A stretch of 64,000 bases of DNA from assembly GCA_963768305.1 (NCBI GenBank), contig CAVYHE010000004.1:1-64000 (forward strand), read 5' to 3'. The translations under genes and the position numbers were made by a program. The notes under the pieces are model-generated. The model was given only the letters and a program-made list of their open reading frames with translations. It was not told where the DNA came from and did not search any database. This DNA is from an uncultured bacterium. GTDB lineage: Bacteria > Margulisbacteria > WOR-1 > CAVSGV01. How positions within the stretch are numbered: position 1 is the stretch's first letter; each line of letters opens with the position of its first letter. This document shows positions 1 to 13,852 of the stretch, piece after piece.

Positions 1-1627
1 TGCTATTTAATGATGAAGCTTGGAGAGCGCTTGAAAGAGGCGTGAACAAAGTAGCTCTCGCGGTAAGAGCGACGCTCGGCCCGAGGGGCAAGAACGTCGT
101 CCTGGAGAAAAAATGGGGTTCGCCGACCATAACAAATGACGGCGTGACCATCGCAAAGGAGATCGACCTGGAAGATCCGTTCGAGAACATGGGCGCCCAG
201 CTTTTAAAAGAGGTGGCTTCCAAGACGAACGACATCGCGGGAGACGGCACGACAACTGCCACGGTCCTTGGCGCGGCTATATTCAAGGAAGGGCTTAAGA
301 ACGTTGTTTCAGGCGCAAATCCGATGGCGCTGAAGCGCGGGATAGAAAAGGCGATAAAAGTCGCCGTGGAGGAGCTGAAGAAAAAGAGCAAACCGGTGGA
401 GGACAAGGAAGCCATCGCCGATGTTGCGACCATTTCAGCCAATAATGATCCTGAGATAGGAAATCTTATCGCCGACGCGATGGAAAAGGTCGGGAAGGAC
501 GGGGTCATAACGGTAGAGGAATCAAAAGGGATAGAGACGACTTTGGATGTCGTGGAAGGCATGCAATTCGACAAAGGTTACGCGTCGCCTTACATGATAA
601 CCGACCGCGACAGGATGGAAGCCATTCTTGAAGATGCTTTCGTCCTGATCTCCGACAAAAAGATCAGCGCGGTAAAGGACCTTCTCCCGACATTGGAGAA
701 AGTTGTCCAGGCAGGAAGGCCTTTGCTCATCATCGCGGATGAGATAGAAGGCGAAGCGCTTGCGACGATAGTCGTGAACAAGTTAAGGGGAACGCTTAAC
801 TGCGTGGCGGTAAAAGCGCCCGGGATTCGGCGACAGAAGGAAAGCCATGATGGACGATATAGCTGTCATCACCGGCGGAGAAGTCGTTTCCGATGAAAAA
901 GGGCTGACGCTTGAAACTATCCAGGATAGTTTCTTCGGGAAGGCGAAAAAGATCATCATTGAAAAAGAAAAGACCACCATCATAGAAGGCGGCGGCTCAA
1001 AGGAAGCTTTAAAGGCAAGAATATCGCAGATAAAGAAAGAAATCGACCTGTCCGATTCTTCATATGACAAGGAAAAGCTTCAGGAGCGTCTGGCAAAGCT
1101 TTCCGGCGGAGTGGGCGTGGTAAAGGCCGGCGCGGCGACGGAGACGGAACTGAAGGAGAAAAAGCACAGGATAGAGGACGCGCTTGCCGCGACAAGAGCG
1201 GCGATAGAAGAGGGGATCATACCGGGCGGCGGAAGCACTTTGATACATATCATGCCGGCGCTTGAAAAATTCGAAGCAACGCTTTCTGGCGATGAAAGAG
1301 TCAGGGGTTTCCATAGTAAGGAAGTCGCTTGAAGAGCCGCTTAAGCAGATCGCTAACAACGCGGGCTGGGAAGGCTCCGTTGTGGTTGATTATGTTAAAA
1401 AGGAAAAGCTGGGCTTGGGTTTTGACGCGCAGGAGCTTAAGTACACGGACATGTTCAAGGCGGGGATCGTTGACCCGGTTAAAGTGACCAGGTCGGCTCT
1501 CCAGAATGCCGCGAGCATAGCCGCGATGCTTCTGACGACCGAAGCACTGGTCGCTGAAAAGCCGGAAGAGAAAAAGGATATGCCTGCTATGCCGGGAGGC
1601 GGCGGTTACGGCGGGGACATGATGTAA
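1..1627 (+). CDS. groEL: Chaperonin GroEL (5'-truncated by window; two apparent frameshifts near 822 and 1300)
   Basis: [35 protein letters not shown] and [15 protein letters not shown] motifs and a GGM-like tail, spread over ORFs 42-896, 847-1332 and 1262-1627; frame is open from the window start. Confidence 0.97.
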
Positions 1628-1654
1628 GAAGTCCCGCAAGGTTCAGTAATAAAG

Positions 1655-1692
1655 AAAGGGCTCCGGATTTAATCTCGGAGCCCTTTTTATTT
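1655..1692. terminator. Intrinsic terminator, probably bidirectional
   Basis: AAAGGGCTCC...GGAGCCCTTTTT hairpin with A/T tracts on both sides, between convergent groEL and pgm. Confidence 0.85.
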
Positions 1693-1705
1693 TGGAATAA
1701 TTAAA

Positions 1706-3370
1706 TTATCCTTCCAAGCCCAGTAAAACGTCCAGTTCTTTTGAAGCCCGCTGCGCCGTTTCCAGAGTCGCGCCTTTTTCTTCTCGATAGTCCTTAATGA
1801 TAGGTTCGGTCCCGGAAGCTCTTTTTAACACCCAGACGCCGCCTTCAAGAACGACCTTAACTCCGTCGCCGACCTTTATTCTTGCAATGTCCCTTCCAGC
1901 GATAGTTTTCTTGTGCAGAAGTATGGCGACTTCATCCGGATCTCTAGCTAAAACTGCCAATCTTTCTTTTTTCGCATCCGTAGCCGGCATATCCACTCTT
2001 TCATATTGATGAGTTCCGTATTTGGATGCCAATCTTTTCGCATAATATGTGCCTATATCCATGCCGGTCCTTGCGATTATCTCCATTAAGATAAGGTTCG
2101 CAAGTATGCCGTCTTTTTCCGTCACCCAAACGCTTCCGTTCATTCTTGGTATGGAGAACGATGCGCTTTCTTCGCCCATTATCGCGTATTTTCCCGCTAG
2201 GATGCCTTGAACATAGTTTTTCCAGCCCACGTTTTGTTCATCCACTGGCCGCCCATAATTTGCCGCGATAAGATCCAGCATGTGGGTCGTGCCGATCGTT
2301 CTTCCTATCCCCATGCTTTTATCGAAATTCCTGTTATTGAATATGTAGTCGGCTACGACGCAGAAGACCTTGTTCGGGTCCAGAATCCCCGTCGAATCTA
2401 TCCCGCCGTACCTGTCGGCGTCCGGATCGTTCGCCCCTACAAAAGGGACGCCCAGTTTCTCCCTCATTCCCACAATGGCCAGCATGACATATGAGGATGA
2501 CGGGTCCCTTCTCAGTTTTCCGTCCCAATCGTAAGTGCAGTGTGAAGCCGCGGGGTCTGGATCAGGCAGCAATATCTCGATCTTTGTTCCGTACTTTGCA
2601 TTTATTGCTTCATAATATCCGCAGGCGGCGCCGCCGAGAGGCGTCACTCCGAATCTTTTGCCCTTTAAAAGTTCCATATCCACGACATTATGCAGGTCCT
2701 CGATATAAGGGGTCATAAAATCTTTTTCAAGGATCATTTTGCCGAAAGCGGACATAAAAACATCGGACACGATAAATTGATCGTCCGCCAGATATGGATT
2801 GCTCTTTTCATCTATCGGTTTTGTTGAAGTATTGGGTCCGCCGTCCCGCCCGTTCGTTTTATATCCGCCATCCAGTGGAGGATTGTGGGAGGCCGTAAAA
2901 ATAACGCCCTCGACGTTTTCTCCCAATAAATTCCGCCTTAATATTTCATGCGATAAGACAGGTGTGGGGGTTGCTCTTCCGCCGGTCTCTATAAGAACGG
3001 GCATAAGGTTGCCCGCAAAAACTTCCGCGGCATCTTGAATGGCAGAATCAGAAGGAAAACGAGGATCCTTACCCGCGATTATCGGGCCTCGCGCCTTTCC
3101 GGTAAGTGGCGCTTTTAAAAATTCGGGAAGTTCATCAGGACCGAAGTATCCTTTTTTTTGTCTAATATCGCACAATGCCTGTGTCATTGCTCTGACATGC
3201 TGTCTGCAAAATTGCGGGCCCGTTTCACCTCTGAATCCGGAAGTCCCGTTCTTCACTTTTGATAATTGGGTTAATGGATATCTTTTATTGTACAGTTCGC
3301 CTACCAGGGACCTTGTTAAAAGTTGTGTTGCCAGAGGCCTTTTTCCTGCAAGTTCATGTAATCTTGCCAT
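1706..3370 (-). CDS. pgm: Phosphoglucomutase (alpha-D-phosphohexomutase)
   Basis: GTSGFRG, TASHNPP (catalytic Ser), DPDADR (metal loop), GEESA, RASGTEP. Confidence 0.9.
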   Translation of the reverse strand: MARLHELAGKRPLATQLLTRSLVGELYNKRYPLTQLSKVKNGTSGFRGETGPQFCRQHVRAMTQALCDIRQKKGYFGPDELPEFLKAPLTGKARGPIIAGKDPRFPSDSAIQDAAEVFAGNLMPVLIETGGRATPTPVLSHEILRRNLLGENVEGVIFTASHNPPLDGGYKTNGRDGGPNTSTKPIDEKSNPYLADDQFIVSDVFMSAFGKMILEKDFMTPYIEDLHNVVDMELLKGKRFGVTPLGGAACGYYEAINAKYGTKIEILLPDPDPAASHCTYDWDGKLRRDPSSSYVMLAIVGMREKLGVPFVGANDPDADRYGGIDSTGILDPNKVFCVVADYIFNNRNFDKSMGIGRTIGTTHMLDLIAANYGRPVDEQNVGWKNYVQGILAGKYAIMGEESASFSIPRMNGSVWVTEKDGILANLILMEIIARTGMDIGTYYAKRLASKYGTHQYERVDMPATDAKKERLAVLARDPDEVAILLHKKTIAGRDIARIKVGDGVKVVLEGGVWVLKRASGTEPIIKDYREEKGATLETAQRASKELDVLLGLEG

Positions 3371-3413
3371 TGTCTTTCCCCCTTTATTGTTTTATGGAAC
3401 TCAAACTATTTAT

Positions 3414-3447
3414 TTATCGGCACATTTTCCGGAAAATTTCAGTTTTT
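3414..3447 (-). promoter_or_regulatory. Conserved element copy A, sigma28-like (TGAAA-N15-GCCGATAA), upstream of pgm
   Basis: Reverse complement reads AAAACTGAAATTTTCCGGAAAATGTGCCGATAA; closely similar to three other copies in the window. Confidence 0.75.
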
Positions 3448-3508
3448 TTGGCAAATCATGAGATGAAGAGGCGGCGAGATGATGAGGTGAAGAGAAGGGC
3501 GTCGAAGA

Positions 3509-4967
3509 TTATATAATGAACTTTCTATCCAACGACTTTTCCTTTGCCAGCATTTCCTGAAATGCTTTTTCTGTACCCGGTTTTCCGCTCCTTATGTTAG
3601 CTATGTTCTTGTAACTTTGAACGCCTGGCTGAATGAAAGGATTTTGTCCCAGAAGCAGGCCGCTCAAGGCGATCGCGTTCATTTCATATTGAAAGAACAT
3701 ACCCATCGTATAAGCTGACTGGTCCGGGAGGAGATAGCTCATGACGGGGACCCCGCCTTCATAATGAGCGTCGCGCAGTCCGTCAACGAAAGCTTGATTC
3801 GCGAAATTCATTGTCTTTCCGTCAAGATAATCAACAGGAGTCCCTTTTCCAGGGATCGTTACATCAATACTTGGATTTTCAACCGTTATAAAGATTTCGA
3901 TGAAATTTCTCTTGCCCATCTGGACCGCCTGCCCGTTCGCATGCGCCATTTCCGTGTAATATTGCGGTGATATCCAGAGGCCTTCTCCATTCTTGCCCTC
4001 AGATTCGGGGCCAAGCTGCTGCATCCACCAAGTGATGCCCCTCATGTCATAATTGCCCGTGGAGGCAAGCTCGATATCTTTTCCCATGAATTTGTGAGCG
4101 ATAAATCGCATTACAGCTCTTTGCATCGCGATGTTCTTTTCAAAAGGCAATTTACTTGTCTGCTCCTCCGCGAAACGCGCGCCGGCAATAAATTCCTTTA
4201 TGTCGATCACCGGCTGCGGCGAGAGTGAACAATCCGACTGGGCAGGTGACGGAGTATCTGCCGCCGACATCATCCGGAACCGAATAAGTTTTATAGCCTT
4301 TTTCCTTCGCGAGCTTTCTTAGTGATCCTTTATTCGCGTCCGTTATGGCAATGATCTTGCTTGCAACTTCTTCGGAGGAATAGCTGTTTTCCATGAGATA
4401 TTTGATAATTGCAAATGCGATAGCAGGCTCTACCGTTCCGCCTGATTTGGAGATAACGTTCCCGCCCACTTTATTGCCTTCCATTAATCTGATCGCGTTC
4501 GCGGTATATCCGGCATCCATGTTCTGTCCCAGGAAAAATATACGGGGAGAATTTCCTCTTTGTTCTCTTGAAAGCATATTGGAAAGCTCAAGGCCGCCTT
4601 TTACCGCATCGATCGTGGCGCGCAGGCCAAGGTATGAGCCGCCTATGCCGATCGACCAGAAATCGTCGACATTATCAGCAAGTTTTTTAGCTGAAGATGA
4701 TATTTCGTCAAGTGTGGCTTCATCAATGTAAGGGCTTTTCATTTTCCAGCCGGTCATGATGACAGAGCCGTCTTTTAGAAGATCGCTTTTGCCTCCCAGT
4801 AAAAGGGCATGTAATTTGCCGACTTTTTCCGCCGCATTTTTGTATTGGGTATAATCAGTAATGTGGTTTTTGCCATCGCCGAATCTCCTGAAATCCAGTT
4901 GAATAGGTCTTTTTCCGGAAGCGGGTTTTCTTTTCACTAATCCCGGAGGCACTTTGAATTTTTCCAT
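3509..4967 (-). CDS. pgi: Glucose-6-phosphate isomerase (frameshift near 4210)
   Basis: GIGGSYLG, ISKSGGTVEP, DVGGRYSV, WMQQLGPESEGK and NPFIQPGVQSYK across ORFs 4152-4967 and 3509-4273. Confidence 0.9.
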
Positions 4968-5128
4968 TATTTCTATATTTTATTGGCTTTTGCCCTAAAA
5001 TCAAGCCGAATAATTCAGTGTTCGCTTCTCGTTCCTCTGGCTCCTCTTTTTACCTTTTTATAGCCTTGCTACTGGATCCAATTTATGCTATATTTACCTG
5101 TTCGGGCAAGGAGAAATAGGATCGAAGG

Positions 5129-5160
5129 AGAGAGTGGGAAAAGGCCACTCTTTTTTATTT
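5129..5160 (+). promoter_or_regulatory. rimP-leader-like attenuator hairpin upstream of nusA
   Basis: AGAGTGG-gaaaagg-CCACTCT followed by a T-tract, at the position where this leader precedes the rimP/nusA operon. Confidence 0.65.
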
Positions 5161-5189
5161 GAGAAGTCAATTCTCCGTAGGAATTATAT

Positions 5190-6359
5190 ATGTTAAAGAT
5201 CGAAGGTTTTAACAGAGCGCTGGAGGAGATCCAAAAAGAACGCAACGTGGACAAAAAAGTCCTCGCGGACGCAGTTGCCGCTGCTTTGCTTTCCGCGTCC
5301 AAGAAAAAGCTCATGCACGCGGAGAACCTGGAAGCTTCCGTGGATGAGAACGGGAACTTCGGCATCTTCGCGAAAAAGACCGTTGTAATGAAGGTCAGCG
5401 ACCCGCTCATTGAAATATCGAAAAAGGACGCCGCCAAGCTTGTGAAAGGCGTAAAAGTCGGGGACGAAGTCAAGATCGATGTCACGCCTTCCGATTTCGG
5501 CCGCCTTGCCGCCCAGACCGCGAAACAGGTCATTATCCAGAGAATAAGAGAGGCGGAAAAAGAGGGCGCTTACGAAGAATACATTAAGAAACAGGGCGAG
5601 ATCCTGGGCGGGATCGTCCAGAGAAAAGAAATGAACGGCTACCTGGTCAATCTTGGAAAAGTCGAGACCCTTCTTCCTTTCTCGGAAAGCATCCCCGGCG
5701 AGAATTACAGACCGAAGGACAGGATAAAAGTGCTGCTTGTCGAGACAAAAAAGACGCCGAAAGGCCCTGTTATCAACATATCCAGGGCGCATCCTAATTT
5801 CCTGAAAAAGCTTTTTGAGCTGGAGATCCCGGAAGTATTGAACGGCGTAATTGAGATAAAAGGGATTGCGAGAGAGCCCGGAAGAAGGGCGAAAGTCGCC
5901 GTGTTTTCGCATGATAAGAACGTTAAGGCTGTCGGCACATGCATAGGCCACATGGGCGCAAGGATCCAGAACATCGTCAGGGAGATAGGCAATGAGAGGA
6001 TAGACGTCATCGAATGGAGCGAAGTTATAAAAACCTACATATTAAATGCGCTTGCCCCCGCGAAGATAACCAGCATAGAGATCAATGAGCCGGAGAAGTC
6101 CGCGAAAGTAATGGTTCCCGAGAGCCAGCTGTCGCTTGCTATCGGCAAAGAAGGCCAGAACGTACGGCTTGCGGTGAAACTTACCGGCTGGAAGATAGAT
6201 ATAGTTTCAGAAGAGGGGCAGAAAAAGGCAGAAGAGTTAAAAGAGTTGCAATCGAAAGAAGCGGAAGAAGTGAAAGAGGTTAAAGAAGAAAAAGAAGTAA
6301 AAGAGATCAAAGAGATCAAGGAAGAGGAAAAGACGGAAGACGCCGAAAAAGAGGGATAA
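5190..6359 (+). CDS. nusA: Transcription termination factor NusA
   Basis: FGRLAAQTAKQVIIQRIREAE, IAREPGRRAKVAV, SLAIGKEGQNVRLA; acidic low-complexity tail. Confidence 0.97.
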   Translation: MLKIEGFNRALEEIQKERNVDKKVLADAVAAALLSASKKKLMHAENLEASVDENGNFGIFAKKTVVMKVSDPLIEISKKDAAKLVKGVKVGDEVKIDVTPSDFGRLAAQTAKQVIIQRIREAEKEGAYEEYIKKQGEILGGIVQRKEMNGYLVNLGKVETLLPFSESIPGENYRPKDRIKVLLVETKKTPKGPVINISRAHPNFLKKLFELEIPEVLNGVIEIKGIAREPGRRAKVAVFSHDKNVKAVGTCIGHMGARIQNIVREIGNERIDVIEWSEVIKTYILNALAPAKITSIEINEPEKSAKVMVPESQLSLAIGKEGQNVRLAVKLTGWKIDIVSEEGQKKAEELKELQSKEAEEVKEVKEEKEVKEIKEIKEEEKTEDAEKEG

Positions 6360-6365
6360 TCATAA

Positions 6366-8367
6366 TTGGCGACGAAAAAGGGAATAAAGGTATCTAAACT
6401 CGCGGAAGATCTCAAGCTTGACCCGAAAGATCTTTTGAAGACATTAAAAGATCTGGGCGTTGCCGCGAAGACTTCCGCCAGCGTCATAACCGAAGAAGAA
6501 GCAAAGACCGTAGAAGACCTGCTGTCTAAAGACAAAAAAGAAGCTCCGGAGGTCCCGGAAAAGATCGAACCAGTTAACGCTGAGCCGGCGCCCGCTGAAA
6601 TTAAAGTTCCCCCCAAAAACACATTAACGATATCAGGCGACATCAATGTCAAAGACCTTTCCGAAAAGCTGAACACAAAGCCAAGCAACGTGATCAAGGA
6701 ATTAATGAGGCTGGGAATACTTGCCACGATCAATCAGAGGATAGATCTTAATATAGTAAGAGAAGTTGCGAAAGTTTTTGATTATGAAGTCGTTTCTAAG
6801 GTTGCGGAAGAAGCATCTGACAGCCGCGGTGCGAAGGGACGAATCCGCGCATATCATTCCCAGGCCTCCTATCGTCGTTGTAATGGGGCATGTTGACCAC
6901 GGGAAAACAAAGCTCCTTGACGCCATAAGAAAAACAAATGTCATGGCTACCGAAGCCGGAGGCATTACCCAGCATATCGGCGCGTACCAGGTGATGGTGA
7001 AAGGCAAAAAAGTCACTTTTCTTGATACTCCAGGCCACGAAGCATTCACCGCATTAAGGTCAAGAGGCGCAAAAGTTACGGACATCGCGGTGCTTGTGGT
7101 CGCCGCGGATGACGGCATCATGCCTCAGACCGTCGAAGCGATAAATCACGCTAAAGCCGCGGGAGTGCCCATCATCATCGCGATCAATAAGGTTGACAAG
7201 CCGGAAGCCAATGTTGAGAGAGTGAAAAAACAGCTCACGGAATATGACCTCACTCCGGAGGAATGGGGAGGGAAGACCGTAGTTGTCCCGATATCCGCAA
7301 AACAGGGCACAGGCATCGATGAACTGCTGGATATGATCTTACTGACCGCCGAGATACTTGAATTAAAAGCTAACCCTGCAAGATCAGCTACCGGCATAGT
7401 GATAGAAGCAAAGCTCGATAAAGGAAGAGGTCCGGTCGCGACCGTTCTTATCGGTAACGGAAAACTGAAGATAGGCGATACTTTCTATGTCGGCGGGGTT
7501 TCGGGAAAAGTAAGGGCGTTGATAGATGATAAAGGAAAGAATATCAAGGAAGGTTTTCCGTCCCAGCCTGTGGCGGTCCTCGGGGCTGAAAGCGTGCCTG
7601 TTCCGGGAGAGGTCTTCAGGGTAGTTCATGACGACCAGACCGCGAGGAAGCTTTCCGAGAAAAAACGCTTTGAGATCGAGGAAGCGAAGCAGACAAAAGG
7701 TAAGGTGCTATCTCTGGAAGATTTCTCCCGCACCGTTAAAGAAGGCGTAAGGAAGGATCTGAATATCATCCTTAAAGCGGATGTTCAGGGCTCCCTAGAA
7801 GCCATAATGAGATATGCTTAAGAACCTGACAACTTCCGACGTGAGAGTGAACATTATCCATAGCGGCGCCGGCGGGATATCGGAAAGCGATGTAATGCTT
7901 GCCGTCGCGTCAAAAGCCATAATTATCGGTTTTAACGTGTCGTATGAAGGCGGCGCGAAGCTTATGGCGGATGATAAAGGCGTGGATACTAGGATTATAC
8001 AATATAATATACCAGATCACCGATGATGTTAAAGCCGCGATGGACGGCATGCTGGAGCCCGTAAAAGAAGAGGTCATACCTGGGCCACGCGTCGGTGAAA
8101 GCGCTCTTCAAGTATTCAAAAGTCGGCGCGATCGCCGGGTGCATTGTGAAGGACGGAAAGATGCAGAGGGGCGCCATGATGAGGGTCTTGCGTGAAGGGA
8201 ACAAGCTGTTTGAAGGCAAGCTTGAAGCTCTTAAAAGGTTCAAGGAGGACGCGAAGGAAGTCCAGGCCGGATACGAATGCGGCATCTCGACTTCCGCATT
8301 CTCGGATTTCGCCGAAGGCGATATTATTGAATGTTTTGAAATAAGGATGACAGCAAGGAAGCTGTAA
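6366..8367 (+). CDS. infB: Translation initiation factor IF-2 (about four apparent frameshifts)
   Basis: [38 protein letters not shown] and [10 protein letters not shown] across consecutive ORFs; follows nusA. Confidence 0.95.
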
Positions 8368-8739
8368 TGACCAGAGCAGACAGGGTAGCCGAGCTCATAA
8401 AGCAGGAAGTCAGCGATATAATCTCAAGGAAGCTTAACGATCCCCGCATAGGATTTGCATCCATAACTTCAGTTGATCTTGGCGCCGATCTTAAGAACGC
8501 AAGAATATACGTAAGTGTTTACGGAGAGCAAAAGCAGAAGAACGATACTATGGCCGCGCTTTTATCCGCGACAAAATTCATCCGCAGGGAACTGGGCCAA
8601 AGGATGCAAATGCGTGATGTTCCGGATCTGATATTCAAACCCGATGATTCCATTGAGCGCGGAGCAAAAGTATTCGAGATATTAAATCGTCTCGAGCAGG
8701 AGAAGAAAAGCAAAGACCAGGAAAGTAAAAAAAACATGA
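8367..8739 (+). CDS. rbfA: Ribosome-binding factor A
   Basis: RADRVAELIKQEVS...DPRIG...DDSIERG; appears fused to the next gene across an A8 run, so the end is inferred. Confidence 0.9.
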
Positions 8740-9677
8740 AAGACGTCATAAGCGCGATAAGAAAAGCAAAAAGCGTTATCATTTTTACGCATACGGATCC
8801 CGACGGCGACGCAATAGGGTCCATGCTCGCCGTGTTCCTCGCCCTGAAAGGAATGGGCAAGAAAGCCGTGATGTACAGCAAGGATCCTGTTCCGGATATT
8901 TATCAATTCCTTCCTGAGTCCGGCAGAATAAAAGATTCCTTGGGCAAGGATAAATTCGACCTGGCTATCGCGGTCGACTGCGGCGGCAAGAACAGGATAG
9001 ATAATGATTTTGACCTGAGAGTCGATCGCTGACAGATCGATCAATATAGACCACCATCCTGACAACACTCGGTTCGGCGATATAAATTTGATCGAAGGGA
9101 TATCTTCCGTTTCAGAGATACTTTTCCGGCTTTTCAAAAAAATGAGGGTGAAAATAACAAAAGAGATCGCAGAATGCCTTTATACGGGGATAATGACCGA
9201 CACGGGGAATTTCAGGTATGATTATACGACCGCGGATACTTTTGATGCGGCGGCGTACCTTGCGAAAGCCGGCGCGGAGATAAGCAGGATAGCGATGGCT
9301 GTTTATGAGACAAAGACCTTATCATCGGTAAAGGTGCTGGGCGCTGCGATGTACAGGTTGGAAAGCTCTGAAGACGGCAGGGTTGCATGGACCCTTCTTC
9401 CAAAACAGCTGATGGATTCGCTGGGAGCCAAGAGCGAAGATCTGACGGGGCTTGTGGACCAGATACGTTCAATTAAAGGCGTAGAGGTCGCGATTCTTTT
9501 TCGCGAAGAAGATGACGGGATAAAGGTCAACTTCCGCTCGAAGTTCAAAGTCAACGTTTCTGAGATCGCGAAGAAATTGGGCGGCGGAGGGCATATTCGG
9601 GCAAGCGGAGCGGTTTTACAGGGATCTCTTGAGAGCGTTAAGGAAAGAGTATTAGCTGAAGTGATAAAAGCGGTCAA

Positions 9678-9681
<4 letters not shown>
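8736..9681 (+). CDS. nrnA: DHH/DHHA1 phosphoesterase, NrnA-like (frameshift near 9025)
   Basis: HTDPDGDAIGS, IDHH, GIMTDTGNF, GGGGH; canonical position between rbfA and truB. Confidence 0.88.
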
Positions 9682-12328
<2,647 letters not shown>

Positions 12329-12334
12329 AAAGAG

Positions 12335-12952
12335 GTGAAACCAATGAACAGAAAATTCGTTTATCTGATGTGTGCAGTACTGGTCTTGATGACGAGTCAA
12401 TGTTTTGCGATGGGAGGAACGCCTCCAACTCAGGAAGGAGCCGGTATGTCAAAAAATGTCATTGTGGTAATGGAGACTTCGAAGGGAACGATGAAGCTGG
12501 AGCTGTATCCGGACAAAGCTCCGTTAACAGTCCAGAACTTTCTTTCCTATGTTGATAGAGGTTTTTATGATGGCACGATCTTCCATAGAGTGATACCGGG
12601 ATTCATGATACAGGGCGGCGGATTTGAGAAGGGGATGGTCCAGAAGCCGGCTTCCTCTCCGATAAAGAACGAAGCAGGGAACGGCCTCAACAATGACAGA
12701 GGGACCATCGCAATGGCAAGGACAACTGATGTTGACAGCGCTACAGACCAATTTTTCATAAATGTCGCTGATAATACGGCACTGGACCATCAGAATGATA
12801 CCCAGCAGGGGTTCGGCTACTGCGTATTCGGCAAGGTCATAGACGGGATGGATACGGCATATGCGATAAGCATGGTCCAGACACATACGCTGGGATATTA
12901 TGATGATGTGCCTGTTGAAGATGTGGTCATAATGTCAGTAAAGAAGATCTGA
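12335..12952 (+). CDS. Cyclophilin-type peptidyl-prolyl isomerase with N-terminal signal peptide
   Basis: [36 protein letters not shown]. Confidence 0.93.
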   Translation: MKPMNRKFVYLMCAVLVLMTSQCFAMGGTPPTQEGAGMSKNVIVVMETSKGTMKLELYPDKAPLTVQNFLSYVDRGFYDGTIFHRVIPGFMIQGGGFEKGMVQKPASSPIKNEAGNGLNNDRGTIAMARTTDVDSATDQFFINVADNTALDHQNDTQQGFGYCVFGKVIDGMDTAYAISMVQTHTLGYYDDVPVEDVVIMSVKKI

Positions 12953-13041
12953 TTTTAATAATTTTTAATCATTTCAAAAAATTTCCTTGTATTTGATGAA
13001 TGAATAGTTATATAATCCGTATCAAGCTAGGAGGTGTGGAA

Positions 13042-13266
13042 ATGAAAAAAGTATTATGGTTGCTCGTTCTGGTGTTAATTTTGCTTGTGATAATTGCGTT
13101 CGCTTGGATGGGAATGGGCGGAAAAAAGGTGGCCGAAATAAAGCCGGCTGTTGAAACTAAAATCGTGGCTCCGATGAAAAAAGCTATGAAGAAAGTCATG
13201 CCGGCAAAAGGCACAGCAGTTAAAAAGCCTGTAAGAAAAACAGTAAAGAAACCAGTCGCCAAGTAA
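13042..13266 (+). CDS. Small membrane-anchored Lys/Ala/Pro-rich protein (74 aa)
   Basis: Strong SD (AGGAGGTG), hydrophobic N-terminal helix, upstream TATAAT and downstream terminator. Confidence 0.8.
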   Translation: MKKVLWLLVLVLILLVIIAFAWMGMGGKKVAEIKPAVETKIVAPMKKAMKKVMPAKGTAVKKPVRKTVKKPVAK

Positions 13267-13288
13267 TTTTTTGATGTTTTAAAACATT

Positions 13289-13322
13289 AAGAGGCCCGTG
13301 ATCGATCGCGGGCCTCTTTTTT
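13289..13322 (+). terminator. Intrinsic terminator
   Basis: AAGAGGCCCGTG...CGCGGGCCTCTTTTTT. Confidence 0.85.
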
Positions 13323-13364
13323 ATTTGTAATAGTCATTCATTCTTGATATACTTTTTCCTCGTT

Positions 13365-13852
13365 ATGATAAGAAAAGCGAAAATAAAAGATGTGAAAGAT
13401 ATCCATTCCCTGGTGAATCATTACGCGGAACTGGACCTTATGCTGCCAAGGTCATTGAACAACCTTTATGATAACGTACGCGATTATTACGTCCTTGGAG
13501 ATCGATGGCAAGATCAAGGGTTGCGTTGCCCTTAATATCGTCTGGGACGACCTTGCGGAAATAAAGGCGCTTGCCGTGGATGAGTCCGTCCGCGGTCACG
13601 GCTGGGGGAAAAAGCTCCTTGAGGAATGCATGAAGGAAGCAAAAGAATTGGGGATCAAAGAAAGTCTTCGCTCTTACTTTGATCAAGGATTTTTTCAATA
13701 AATACGGGTTCAAGACCATCCAGAAAAGGCGCCTGCCGCAGAAAATATGGGGCGAATGTATACACTGCATAAAATTCCCCGACGAGTGCAACGAAACCGC
13801 GGTCATGTACGAGTTTAACGGAGAATCTTCCCATGGTGCGTCAGCGAAGTAG
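13365..13852 (+). CDS. GNAT N-acetyltransferase, short ArgA-like (two frameshifts)
   Basis: MIRKAKIKDV...MLPRS...AEIKALAV...VFALT...LPQKIWGECIHCIKFPDECNE, reconstructed across frames. Confidence 0.82.

Noticed and set aside
4975..5020. Further copies of the sigma28-like element (upstream of pgi; also about 19362-19392 and 23441-23470)
   Set aside because: Each has only one half (GCCAATAA, or CTGAA) without the partner box at 15-nt spacing.
6230..6359. 9-nt repeats at the end of nusA
   Set aside because: They encode an ordinary KE-rich low-complexity tail.
800..8100. Programmed frameshifting in groEL and infB
   Set aside because: There is no consistent slippery motif, and similar breaks occur across unrelated genes, which fits sequencing error.
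8367..9032. Apparent RbfA-NrnA fusion protein
   Set aside because: The junction crosses an A8 run (8727-8734). One fewer A gives AAA AAA ACA TGA, a standard ATGA overlap with the nrnA start, so it is most likely a homopolymer error.
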